From contig CATOST010000027.1 in the NCBI GenBank assembly GCA_951812665.1, forward strand, positions 2,117 through 66,116: DNA of 64,000 nt. The letters are read 5' to 3'. How positions within the stretch are numbered: the first letter of the stretch is position 1; each line of letters opens with the position of its first letter. The position numbers were made by a program, and so were the translations under genes. The DNA comes from an uncultured Acidobacteriota bacterium. Lineage in GTDB: Bacteria; Acidobacteriota; UBA6911; RPQK01; JAJDTT01. A model generated the notes under the pieces. That model saw nothing but the letters and a program-made list of their open reading frames with translations, did no database searches and was not told the DNA's origin. Shown piece by piece: positions 40,703 to 50,007 of this stretch.

Positions 40703-41535
40703 GTCGGTCCGAGCGGATCGGGATGCTGGAACGGGACGGAGAGTTGAGCGAGCGCCGGCAGTGTCGATTGCTGGGGATCAGTCGATCCTCTCTGTATTAC
40801 ACGCCCAAGGGGGAGAGCTCGGAGAACTTGGCGCTGATGCGCCGCCTGGACGAGTTGTCCCTCCAGTATCCGTTCTACGGCAGCCGACAGATGAGGCGGC
40901 ACCTGCGCCGCGAAGGGGCCCAGGTGGGTCGGCACCGGATTCGTCGGTTGATGCGGCTCCTGGGACTGAAGACCATCTACCCGAAACCGAGAACCAGCAG
41001 GGCCCGGTCGGAACACCGCGTCTACCCCTATCTGCTCCGGGGCCTAAAGATCGACGAACCCCATCAGGTCTGGTGCGCGGACATCACGTATATTCCGGTC
41101 TACAAAGGGTATTTGTACCTGGTGGCGGTGATGGACTGGGCCAGTCGGTACGTCCTGTCGTGGCGGTTGTCCAACACCCTGGACAGCGAGTTCTGTGTCG
41201 AGGCTTTGGAAAGGGCGCTCTCCCACGGGGTCCCGACGATCTTCAACACGGATCAGGGGGCGCAGTTCACGAGCCGGGTGTTCACCGAGTGGGTGCAGGC
41301 GTCCGGGGCGCGGTGCTCGATGGACGGTCGCGGCCGTTGCCTGGACAACGTGTTCATCGAACGGCTGTGGCGGTCGCTGAAGTACGAAGCCGTGTACCTG
41401 CGGGAACTGGTGGACGGATTCGAGGCGTCACGGGTGATCGGGGAGTGGATGGAGTTCTACAACGGGGAGCGGCCGCACTCGGCGCTGGGTGGGCGGACCC
41501 CACGGGAAGCTCACCACGGGAGGGAGGCGGCGTGA
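40675..41535 (+). CDS. IS3-family transposase OrfB (DDE integrase core), expressed as OrfAB by -1 frameshift
   Basis: It lies in the -1 frame relative to orfA. Motifs include QVWCADITYIPV, VMDWASRYVLSW, IFNTDQGAQFTS, RCLDNVFIERLWRSLKYE and ERPHSALGGRTP. Confidence 0.85.
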   Translation, partial: FFSARVGTLSRSERIGMLERDGELSERRQCRLLGISRSSLYYTPKGESSENLALMRRLDELSLQYPFYGSRQMRRHLRREGAQVGRHRIRRLMRLLGLKTIYPKPRTSRARSEHRVYPYLLRGLKIDEPHQVWCADITYIPVYKGYLYLVAVMDWASRYVLSWRLSNTLDSEFCVEALERALSHGVPTIFNTDQGAQFTSRVFTEWVQASGARCSMDGRGRCLDNVFIERLWRSLKYEAVYLRELVDGFEASRVIGEWMEFYNGERPHSALGGRTPREAHHGREAA

Positions 41536-41561
41536 AGTCGGGACACCGGAGCTCCGGATAC

Positions 41562-41640
41562 GCCCTGGGGAGCGTCGAGTCAAGCCTCCGGCTCCTCCGC
41601 TTCGCCGCGGCCTTTCGGGTGACTCGACGCTCCCCAGGGC
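41562..41640. repeat. perfect 21-bp inverted repeat separated by 37 nt
   Basis: GCCCTGGGGAGCGTCGAGTCA (41562-41582) and TGACTCGACGCTCCCCAGGGC (41620-41640). It lies inside the IS3 element downstream of orfB. Confidence 0.85.
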
Positions 41641-41833
41641 GTGAAGAGCTGTCATGGCCGGAAGGGGACTTCCGGCCCTCTCGGACCGGAAACGACCACT
41701 TACATCCCCACAACCAAGCGGCAAGCTGGCGTCGCTCGGCGGCGCCACGTACCCTGGATTTGAGGGCGGAATTTCACCATCGGAGTCTACTTTTCCCTAC
41801 CTTAATTTGGCCCTCAAATGGTCCAACGAACCA

Positions 41834-42241
41834 GGACACCGCCTCATCTCCCCCCCTGGGACGGTTACGACGAAGACCTTGCGTCTGCCGGGAGGATCCT
41901 TGTTCGTGAACGCCGATGTTCGGGGAGAGCTGAGAGCCGAGCTCCTGGATTCGGAAGGACGCGTTCTTCCCGGCTATTCCACCACTGAATGTGTTCCGAT
42001 TCGCACCGACGGGATCCGTCAGATGGTCCGCTGGAACCGGGTCTTCCAACTGGATAGGTTTCGAGACCGGGCCGTACGGCTGCGTTTCCACATACGCGAG
42101 GCGGACCTGTATGCCTTCTGGTTTCAGCCCCACGGCGGCATGGGGTCGGCGGCTTTCTTGCCCCCGAACTCCCGAGTTACAAACCCCCGAGGCGTGAGCG
42201 CACAAGACCGGAATAGGCAACAAGAGAGTCCCCCCTCCTAG
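41834..42241 (+). pseudogene. C-terminal beta-sandwich fragment of a truncated (glycosidase-associated?) gene
   Basis: The sequence reads ...TKTLRLPGGSLFVNADVRGELRAELLDSEGRVLPGYSTTECVPIRTDGIRQMVRWN...RAVRLRFHIREADLYAFWF. It begins exactly at the IS3 right end. No matching N-terminal part lies left of the IS. Confidence 0.45.
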
Positions 42242-42248
42242 CCGAACC

Positions 42249-43805
42249 ATGCCGGAACTCAACATCCGATTGCTCGACCAAATCATCATCGGCGTTGGCT
42301 TCCTCGGCCTGGTCGTCATCGGAATCCACTGCTCCCGCCGCAGCCAGACGGATGAAGGCTACTTCCTGGCCGGCCGGTCCATGCCGGGCTGGGTCGTGGG
42401 CTTCTCCCTGATGGCTACCATCGTCAGCTCGCTGACCTTCCTTGGCCTTCCCGCCTTCGCCTTCGGCGACGCCAATTGGCGCAACGTCCTGTCCCACTTC
42501 ACCTACATTCCGGCGGTGTTCGTGGCCGTCTATCTGTTCATTCCCTTCTACCGGGCGACGCGTGTGCGCTCGGCCTACGAGTACCTGGAACTCAGATTCG
42601 GCCTCTGGGTACGGGTCTACGCGGCCGCCGCCTTCGTGCTTTTCCACTTCTTTCGGACCGGACTGGTGCTCTACGCGGTCTCCCTGGCGATCCAATCCAT
42701 ATTGGGGACGGACGAGGCTTCGTTGCCCGTGATCATCGTCGTCGCGGGAATCCTGGTCTCCGCCTACACCATCCTGGGAGGGCTCCAGGCGGTGATCTGG
42801 ACGGACGTCTTTCAAGGAATCGCCCTGATCGGGGGAGGACTCCTGTGTCTGCCCATCATCGTTTCTCAATTGCCGGGAGGATTTGCCGAGTTGTTGCAGG
42901 TGGCCGCGGCCGACAACAAGTTCGATCTGGGCAGCACTGATCTCACTCTCCACGGAAAGACCGTCTGGGCCTACATCGTCGCCGAATTCATGATCCTGCT
43001 GCAGATCTCGGGCACGGATCAGACGAACGTCCAACGCTACGCGGCCGCCAAGAGCGACAGGGACGCCTCCCGAGGCGCCGTGATCGGCTGTTGCCTGGCG
43101 GTGCCGACCTGGACCTACTTCGTGTTTTTGGGGACCGCTCTTTACGTCTTCGTGAAGGTGGTTCCGAACACCGGGCTGGAGGGACTCCCAGCGGACGCCG
43201 TATTCCCAAGATTCATCCTGACCCAACTCCCCGCGGGCTTGGCCGGGCTGGTGTTGACCGGACTTCTGGCGTCCGCCATGTCGACGCTGGACTCCAGCAT
43301 CAACGCCACGGCGGCCACCGTCACCACCGACTTCTACCGGAGACTCTGGGTCAAGAATCGGAGCCCGCGTCACTATGCCAAAGTCGGAAGATTGGTCAGC
43401 CTGCTGTTCAGCGTGGTGATGATCACCACCGCCTGTACGATCTATGTCTATCGGGTCTCCGAGACCCTGGACGATCTTTCCAGAATGTTCCTCTCGATCC
43501 TCGGAGGGGGTCTTTTCAGCTTGTTCGTCGTGGGGATGGTCACCCTGCGCGTGGACAGCCGGGCGGCCCTGACCGCCACCGCAGTCACGGTCTTCTCAGT
43601 CGGCGCCTGGCTGTTCGTGGACACGCCCCTCGGCAAGCAGCTCTTTCCTGGCCTGTCCGCGTACGTGCCCGACAACTTCTGGGTGAGCGCGTTCGCCAAT
43701 CTGTTGCTCTTTGGTGTGGCCTATTGCGTGAGCCCTCTGATCGGCAGTCGACACGGCAGGGAACTCACCGGACTGACCGTCTGGCGGCCTGGGTCTCGAT
43801 CCTGA
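42249..43805 (+). CDS. sodium:solute symporter (SSF family)
   Basis: 518 aa. Motifs include YFLAGRSMPGWVVGFSLMATIVSSLTF, ILGGLQAVIWTDVFQG and LASAMSTLDSSINA. Confidence 0.9.
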   Translation: MPELNIRLLDQIIIGVGFLGLVVIGIHCSRRSQTDEGYFLAGRSMPGWVVGFSLMATIVSSLTFLGLPAFAFGDANWRNVLSHFTYIPAVFVAVYLFIPFYRATRVRSAYEYLELRFGLWVRVYAAAAFVLFHFFRTGLVLYAVSLAIQSILGTDEASLPVIIVVAGILVSAYTILGGLQAVIWTDVFQGIALIGGGLLCLPIIVSQLPGGFAELLQVAAADNKFDLGSTDLTLHGKTVWAYIVAEFMILLQISGTDQTNVQRYAAAKSDRDASRGAVIGCCLAVPTWTYFVFLGTALYVFVKVVPNTGLEGLPADAVFPRFILTQLPAGLAGLVLTGLLASAMSTLDSSINATAATVTTDFYRRLWVKNRSPRHYAKVGRLVSLLFSVVMITTACTIYVYRVSETLDDLSRMFLSILGGGLFSLFVVGMVTLRVDSRAALTATAVTVFSVGAWLFVDTPLGKQLFPGLSAYVPDNFWVSAFANLLLFGVAYCVSPLIGSRHGRELTGLTVWRPGSRS

Positions 43806-43869
43806 CACGGATCCGCCGCCCGCAATGGGTGTCCCGGGCGAGCGCCGACCGGGCTGCTCCCCTCCTTAA

Positions 43870-44027
43870 CAGTCCGTGGTGAAAGTCCCGCGAGCACCGA
43901 GACCGTTCCTGCGCCCGCCGGACAAGGCGCGATTCGGGAGCATACCGGGAGTATGTGATCGAATCGCAACGCAGTCCGCCGGGATGCAGGGACGGTCGGA
44001 TGCCGTGGCGACTTTTGCCACGGGCTG
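43870..44027 (+). mobile_element. MITE copy A (158 bp) flanked by 4-bp direct repeat TTAA
   Basis: Termini are CAGTCCGTGG...CCACGGGCTG. TTAA occurs at 43866-43869 and 44028-44031. Internal nested hairpins are GCGATTCG...CATAC-CGGGA-GTATG...CGAATCGC and CCGTGGC-GACTTTT-GCCACGG. Confidence 0.8.
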
Positions 44028-44299
44028 TTAATGACAGCTTCCGGACTCACTCCGTCCGAATTCACTCGCTGAGCCTCCTCCGGAGAAAAAAATCAAATCT
44101 ACTACTGTCCGGAGGATTCAACCCATGAGGGGGATGACGCCATGAAGAGTCTCACGAGCAAGAAGGAAGGTTGGCGAAGAACAGCCGAGGGGACGTTCCC
44201 GATGTTGTTGGTGCAAGTACCAATCACATGGACAAAAAACCACTGATATGGGGCTAAACAAACCGACTATTGTTTCTCTGGTGAGAAGTGCAGGCTCCG

Positions 44300-44316
44300 G
44301 TGGTCCGGGAGACCAC
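44300..44316 (-). terminator. weak hairpin downstream of the HK-RR gene
   Basis: GTGGTC-CGGGA-GACCAC lies 20 nt past the stop on the minus strand. No U-tract follows. Confidence 0.25.
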
Positions 44317-44336
44317 GAACACGCCAAGACCGGCGC

Positions 44337-46694
44337 CTACTGTTCGCTTTTCCGGGTCATGCGGTAACCGACTTGGCGCTCGTTGAAGATATAGGTCGGA
44401 TTGGTCGCATCATCGCCCAGCTTGCGGCGGAGCTTCTTCACGAAGGCACGCACCGTCCGAGAGTCGCTGGTGTCCCGCCGGCCCCACACTTGGCGTAGCA
44501 GCGACTCATAGGTTACGGTCCGGCCCGCGTTGACCGAGAGCGCTCGGAGCAGCTCGTATTCGATGGCCGTCAGCCGCACCGGGAGGCCGGCCAAGGTCAC
44601 CCGGCGTTCCTCGTAGTTGATGGTCAACTCCCCTAATCGGAAGGACCTGGGCGACTTGTCTCGGCGGCGCAGAGCTGCCTGCACTCTCGCCACCAGCTCC
44701 GTTGGCGAGAAGGGTTTGACGATGTAATCGGCGGCTCCCATCTCCAGGGCTCTGGCGATCATCTCGTCCCTCCCGTAGGCGGAGATGAAGATGACCGGCA
44801 GACGGGCCATCTCGGGAATGCGTTCCATCAACTCAATACCGTCGGTTCCGGGGAGCATAAGGTCCATCAGGACCAGCTGGGGCTGCTCCGTCGTGACCAG
44901 GAGAGGCACTTCTTCCGGGTCACCAGTCATGAGCGGATAGTAACCAGCCGCCGCGAGGGTGTCCCGAACGTACCGGAGCATCTGCGGATCGTCGTCCACC
45001 ACCAGGATCTCCGTTTGCCTCCACCGCTCCCGAGGCGCGCGAGCAGCATTGCGGGCGAATCTGGCCGCGGCACCGGTTCCGGTCTCTTCGGCCACCGGAA
45101 TCGTGAAAGTAAAGCGCGCGCCCAGACCCACCCCGCCACTCTCGGCCCGGATACGCCCCCCGTGGGCTTCCACCAGACCCTTGCAGATGGCCAGACCAAG
45201 CCCGGATCCTCCGATCCCGCGATCGCTGCCACCGACACGAGTGTACTTGCGAAACAGGTGCGGCAGCAGTTCCTGGGGCACGCCCTTGCCCTCATCTGAT
45301 ACCGAGATCGCGATATGAAGGTCCGTCTGTTCCGCGGCGACCCGTATGGGGAAGGACAGGGGAGAGTGCTTGGCCGCGTTGGAGAAGAGGTTGTTCAAGA
45401 CTTGGACGATCCGCTGCCGGTCGGCCATCACCCAGGGCAGGTCAGGGGGCAGGTCGATGTGGATGGTGTGCCTGCCACCTCCACTTGAAAAGGTGTTCCT
45501 GGCCTGGTCCACCAGGCTGACTACCTCTGTGGGAACGGGGGTCACCGACAACGTGCCGGTCTCGATGCGCCCCGCATCCAGCAGGTCGTTGATCAGGCTG
45601 TTCATGTGATCGGCCTGCTCGTCGATGATGCGAAGGAACTGCTGCACTACGGCCGGATCCTGAGTCGGCGAGGCACCTAGCGCGGTGGCGGCCGATCCCT
45701 TGATGGAGGTCAGAGGAGCCCGCAGCTCGTGGCTCACCATGCCCAGAAACTCGGCGCGCAAACGCTCCAGTTCCTCGATCGGCGCCAAGTCCTGAACCGT
45801 GACGACCACGGACTCGTTCGTCCCGTCCTCGGAACGGATTGGCGCAGCGTTCATCAGTGTCGTAACGCTTCGGCCGTCGGGTACTTGGATGACGGTCTCC
45901 TCGGCGCGTATCGTCGAAGCGTTGCTCAGCACCTGCGCCACGGGAAACTCCTCCAGACAGATCTCCCATCCGTTCGGGCGGCGCAACGTTACTACCTCAA
46001 GCAGTTCCTCCACGGGCTGGCCCGGCGCAAGCAGTCCTTGAACTATCCGCTTCATCTCCCGATTGAACGACACCGGCTTGCCGGACTTGGCATCGAAGAC
46101 CACGACCCCCACGGGAGAGATGTCGACCAAGGCCTCCAGATCGGCCCGGGCCCGTTGCTCGTTTCGGAACGCACGGGCGTTCGCAATCGCCGTCGCCGCC
46201 TGAGAAGCGAACATCACCAGCAATTCTTCGTCCTCGATCGTGAACTCCCGTCCCCCTTCCTTCTCCCCGAGAAAGAAACTGCCCACATGCACGCCCCGAT
46301 GACGCATCGGCGTGCACTGGCATGTCTTCGCCGGCAACCGGTCCGGTGAAAACCCGAGCGACCGGACATGGCTGGGCAGGTCCCGCAGTCTCAATGCCAC
46401 AGGAATGCTCCGGAAATGTTCGAAGATCCGCGGTCCGTCGGCCCAGCCCTCAAGCCGTTGCTGCTCGTCAGGATTGAAGCCGGAAAGGACGTAGTCCCGG
46501 ACCTGTTCCGAGTCATCGATGGCCAAAATCACGCCGTAGCGAGCATGGGTCAGAGCGCGAGCGCTTTCCACAACCTCGTGAAGGACGGTGTTGACATCGA
46601 GGCTTGCGCTGATGCGCAGGATGGCCGAACTCAGTCCGGAGATGCGTTTCCGCAGCTTCTCGATCTCTTGTTTCGGTTCGTCGGGACTGCTCAA
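44337..46694 (-). CDS. single-polypeptide two-component system: GAF-PAS-HisKA-HATPase_c-REC-OmpR/PhoB winged-helix
   Basis: 785 aa. Motifs include FLGMVSHELRAPLTSI (H-box), GSGLGLAICKGLVEAHGGRI (G2), ILVVDDDP...LMDLMLPGTDG...KPF (REC) and LTAIEYELLRAL...RTVRAFVKKLRRKL...VGYRM (Trans_reg_C). Confidence 0.85.
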   Translation of the reverse strand: MSSPDEPKQEIEKLRKRISGLSSAILRISASLDVNTVLHEVVESARALTHARYGVILAIDDSEQVRDYVLSGFNPDEQQRLEGWADGPRIFEHFRSIPVALRLRDLPSHVRSLGFSPDRLPAKTCQCTPMRHRGVHVGSFFLGEKEGGREFTIEDEELLVMFASQAATAIANARAFRNEQRARADLEALVDISPVGVVVFDAKSGKPVSFNREMKRIVQGLLAPGQPVEELLEVVTLRRPNGWEICLEEFPVAQVLSNASTIRAEETVIQVPDGRSVTTLMNAAPIRSEDGTNESVVVTVQDLAPIEELERLRAEFLGMVSHELRAPLTSIKGSAATALGASPTQDPAVVQQFLRIIDEQADHMNSLINDLLDAGRIETGTLSVTPVPTEVVSLVDQARNTFSSGGGRHTIHIDLPPDLPWVMADRQRIVQVLNNLFSNAAKHSPLSFPIRVAAEQTDLHIAISVSDEGKGVPQELLPHLFRKYTRVGGSDRGIGGSGLGLAICKGLVEAHGGRIRAESGGVGLGARFTFTIPVAEETGTGAAARFARNAARAPRERWRQTEILVVDDDPQMLRYVRDTLAAAGYYPLMTGDPEEVPLLVTTEQPQLVLMDLMLPGTDGIELMERIPEMARLPVIFISAYGRDEMIARALEMGAADYIVKPFSPTELVARVQAALRRRDKSPRSFRLGELTINYEERRVTLAGLPVRLTAIEYELLRALSVNAGRTVTYESLLRQVWGRRDTSDSRTVRAFVKKLRRKLGDDATNPTYIFNERQVGYRMTRKSEQ

Positions 46695-47117
46695 TCACCC
46701 ATCCTTGCCAGATCTCGGAACGAGACCCGGTTCCGTTTCGCGAAGCATCGACCCTACAGAGGACTCAGGTTCGAGACGCTCTGAATTAAGCAGACATCGA
46801 TAATAGCTTAGACGTGTGTGAAATAGCCGTAAGTTCACAACTAAAACCTATATATTCACCAATACGTCACGCAGTGGTTTCTACACTAGCCAGAAATTTG
46901 CGGGGTGAGTGAACGTTTGATTCAGGTTGCGGCGAACATTAGCGTGTCGCTGCCATGGTTCAATGAGGTCCCGGGCAGAAGTAGGTACTCATCGTCCCCA
47001 TCCTTTTGACGGTCTTGGTTGCTGTTCCCGATGGTGCTGCTGTCCGCCGTGTACGCGGAGCGGGGAGCTGAGCGGACGTTGGGTAGTGTTATCCACCGGT
47101 TCGTCTTCTCGCTCCAA

Positions 47118-47250
47118 TTGTTCGTCGTGGGAATGGTCACCTTGCGCGTGGATAGCCGGGCGGCCCTTACCGCCACCGCAGTCACGGTCCTCTCAGTCGG
47201 CGCCTGGCTGTTCGTGGACACACCTGTCGGCAGGCAGCTCCTGCCCGGCC
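47118..47250 (+). pseudogene. 133-nt fragment duplicating the 3' region of the SSF gene (43521-43653)
   Basis: I count about 13 mismatches over 133 nt by eye. It encodes LFVVGMVTLRVDSRAALTATAVTVLSVGAWLFVDTPVGRQLLPGL. No upstream transporter sequence is present. Confidence 0.8.
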
Positions 47251-47722
47251 TTACGATTGTCGACTGAATAGCCCGATCTCTTGAGCAGGTCCACTGTGCA
47301 TCCCCGGGGTCCACACCGGCAAACTCTCGAAAGAAACGCGGCTCGGGAGTCGGCGGTAGCGGCGGCTTTCCAGTAGCCGGCGAACTCCCGAGTAAGGGAT
47401 CGGCGAGACAGCAGCGGGAGACTGGAAATTCCCCCTCCGAATCTCCCCCCTCTCATCCAAGGCATCATTTCGCAGGTCACCCATATCGGCACCTTGTGAA
47501 CTTGGGTTTTCCCGACCTCATCGGAGCTGCCCTTGGAGCCCGGCAGACGAAACTCCACTATCACCGGCATGTTCCCGGCAGCCCGGTTCCAGTGGTTTCT
47601 TCCTGTCGGGAGCAGGAAGAAACGGCAGAATCCATGATCATGTCAGCCGCAAGGTTGCCGACGGATACTTGCGTCATGGAGAATGAGGCTCCGCACAGCA
47701 GGGAAACGAAGAATCCAAGTTC

Positions 47723-48526
47723 ATGTCAATGGGAGCGACGATGATGGCTAGAGGGAGTTTGGCAGTTGCGCTGTTCTGCATCGCGGCCCTTGCGGCCGGC
47801 GAGCCGGGTCGGGAGGACTGGGAGGAAGGGCGCCGCCTGTGTGGGATCGAGGACTACAAGCGTGCGCAGAAATCGCTGGAACGAGCCGTGAGCAAGGATC
47901 CCGGCAACTCGACCTACCATTTTTGGCTCGGAGTCGCCATGGGGCGTCGGGCCGAAGCCATGACAGGTTTTGGCCGCTTCCGGGCCATGGGTCTGGCGAA
48001 GAAGGTGAAAGTGCATTTCGAACGCGCCGTCGAGCTGGACGGTTCAAATCTTGAAGCCTTGGAGGCCCTGCAGAACTTCCACTCCAATGCTCCCGGCATC
48101 GTGGGTGGAGACAAGGCGGAAACCCCGAAGATAGCCGATCGCATCAAGCAGATCGACGAAGGACGAGGCGCCATCGCCTGGGCCGCCTGTTTCGAGCATG
48201 ACAAGGACTTCACGAAAGCGGTCGCGCAGTATGCGCTGGCCCGCAAACTTGACCCGGACAACACCGATTACTTGGCGGAACACGCCGCTTTCCTATCCCG
48301 GCGCAAGCAATATGACGAAAGCGATGAGCTATTCGATGCCGCGTTCGCAGGGGATCCCGACAACCGCAAACTCTGGCTGACTGCTTCCAAAGCATGGATC
48401 GAAGCGAAACGCTCCTCCCTGTATCCGAGAGCGCGGAAACTGTTGGAACGCTATCTGGAGAACGCCAAATCGGTGCCGAACATGGACACGCCGTCCCAGG
48501 TCCGAAAGCTGTTGAAGAAATTGTGA
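47723..48526 (+). CDS. secreted TPR-repeat protein
   Basis: The signal is MARGSLAVALFCIAALAAG. Repeated A..Y..A..LDP.N helical hairpins are present. Confidence 0.7.
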   Translation: MSMGATMMARGSLAVALFCIAALAAGEPGREDWEEGRRLCGIEDYKRAQKSLERAVSKDPGNSTYHFWLGVAMGRRAEAMTGFGRFRAMGLAKKVKVHFERAVELDGSNLEALEALQNFHSNAPGIVGGDKAETPKIADRIKQIDEGRGAIAWAACFEHDKDFTKAVAQYALARKLDPDNTDYLAEHAAFLSRRKQYDESDELFDAAFAGDPDNRKLWLTASKAWIEAKRSSLYPRARKLLERYLENAKSVPNMDTPSQVRKLLKKL

Positions 48527-49003
48527 GGGCAGGCACCGCGGCAGTTCCCGGACAGATCACCTGCTACCGTATTCTGCTCTACCCCTCGGATCGGACATCG
48601 CCGTTCCACGAGGCCACGAGCGCGTTCCTGCGCGACCGCCCGAGAGATCGTCATATCCTCTGCTTCACGTGGCTGGTCCTCATGGCCTACGTTGGCATGG
48701 CCACTCATCCCCGGATTTTTGAGAGTCCGATGACCCCGCGCGAGGCCGTTTCTGAAGGTGGTCGATCCGGTTGCGTAAGCGCATCCACGGGCGGCGCTGA
48801 TCGAGAGCAGCCGGCCGCAAGGTAGATTCTCCGAAAGAACCGCAAGCAGCCTGCACCTACGGATTCGTTTGAACAAGTGAGTACGGTGCCCGGCTGATGC
48901 TTCAGGCCTGTTCGCTCTCGAAAGCCCACGCCAGCATCTCCTCGTGAATGCATTCCTGATTCCGGTGCTCCGTTTGACTTTCGCGACGGGCTGCTAGAAT
49001 GAC

Positions 49004-50005
49004 GTGGCCATGAGACATCGACCACATATTCGCTTCCTGATCAGAATTTCCGTGTTGCTCGTGCTCTCGGTGACGGCCTGCGGGCCGGCAGCGGACGAGG
49101 ACGGCCGCATGAAGATCGCCGGGATGTTCATGCAGGAGGACCAGTTCTTCCGTCTGGTCCGGTTCGGGATGCAAGAGGCGGCCAGGGAGGAAGGGGCCGA
49201 GCTACTGCTTTCCACCGTCGACGGCAAGCCGGAAAAGGAACTCCAACTCGTCAACACCTACATCGCCCGGCAGGTGGACGCCGTCGTCCTCTCGCCCCTG
49301 AGCGCCACCGCGTCGGTCACGGCTCTGCGGCGGGCCCGGGAGGCCGGCATCCACGTCATCGCCTACAACTCCACCGTCGAGGGCGGGCTCACGGCCACCT
49401 TCATCGAGAGCGACCAGTCCAACCTGGGCGCCCAAACGGGCAAGGTGGCCCGCGCCTACATTGACGAGAAGCTGGGCGGAAAGGCTCAGATCGCCATTCT
49501 GGCCTTCAAGTCGGCGCTGACGGAGCAGAGCGAAGCCCGGACCAACGGTTTCAAGAGTCAGATCGCCGATCTGCCCGGCGTCGAGATCGTGGCCGAGCAG
49601 GATGCCTGGTTGCCGGAGATGGGCATCCGCAAGGCCGGCGACATCCTCACCGCCAATCCCGGGATCGACCTGATCTGGTGCGCCAACGAGGGCGGTACGG
49701 TGGGGGCGGTCATGGCGGTCAAGAACGCCGGACGGGGAGGCGAGATCGCCGTCTTCGGCACCGACGTGAGCGACCAGATGCTCGGTTTTCTACTGTCGGA
49801 GGACCAGATCCTGCAAGCCGTCACCGGCCAGAAACCCTTCGAAATCGGCTACCGGTCCGTCAAGGCGGCCGTCGCCGTCATCCAGGGCAGGGAAGTCGAG
49901 AGCCACGTCTCCATGTCGGGAGTCCTGCTCGAACGGCGCGACCTGGAGAACGTTCGGGCCTACCGGGCCCGGCTACAGGAACTGATCGCCAACCCCGGGA
50001 CTTAG
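49004..50005 (+). CDS. sugar ABC transporter substrate-binding lipoprotein (RbsB/PBP1-like)
   Basis: The lipobox is LSVTAC. Motifs include QVDAVVLSP, IHVIAYNS and DLIWCANEGGTVGA. Confidence 0.8.
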   Translation: MAMRHRPHIRFLIRISVLLVLSVTACGPAADEDGRMKIAGMFMQEDQFFRLVRFGMQEAAREEGAELLLSTVDGKPEKELQLVNTYIARQVDAVVLSPLSATASVTALRRAREAGIHVIAYNSTVEGGLTATFIESDQSNLGAQTGKVARAYIDEKLGGKAQIAILAFKSALTEQSEARTNGFKSQIADLPGVEIVAEQDAWLPEMGIRKAGDILTANPGIDLIWCANEGGTVGAVMAVKNAGRGGEIAVFGTDVSDQMLGFLLSEDQILQAVTGQKPFEIGYRSVKAAVAVIQGREVESHVSMSGVLLERRDLENVRAYRARLQELIANPGT

Positions 50006-50007
50006 CC

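Larger units (their letters stand above)
40352..41833 (+). mobile_element. IS3-family insertion sequence (~1.48 kb)
   Basis: It has orfA/orfB with a -1 frameshift. Imperfect terminal repeats are TGAAGTGGTCCCAGATTTTTGGACCAGGGGTTAAGGTAG (left) and the reverse complement of the right end, TGGTTCGTTGGACCATTTGAGGGCCAAATTAAGGTAG. The termini are TG...CA. Confidence 0.7.

Noticed and set aside
43870-44027. The MITE interior contains GTGA(C/T)(T/C)GA(G/A)TCGCAACG. This resembles, from memory, the GACUGAGUCGCAAUG segment of group II intron domain I. It also contains GGTGAAAGTCC, which is reminiscent of the cobalamin-riboswitch GGTGAAAATCC.
   Set aside because: The element is bounded by terminal inverted repeats and 4-bp target duplications, and is only ~157 nt. 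There is no GUGCG 5' end at its boundary, no domain V-like hairpin with an AGC triad, no intron ORF, no B12 box and no GCCACUG. An Rfam cmscan would settle it.
47193-47570. A 125-aa minus-strand ORF (MPVIVEFRLPGSKGSSDEVGKTQVHKV...) and a perfect 11-bp hairpin GTTTCTTCCTG-N7-CAGGAAGAAAC at 47595-47623, upstream of the TPR gene.
   Set aside because: The 3' third of the ORF is antisense to the SSF pseudogene fragment, and I recognise no family. The hairpin has no U-tract and no obvious partner gene. There is too little evidence to call a gene or a regulator.
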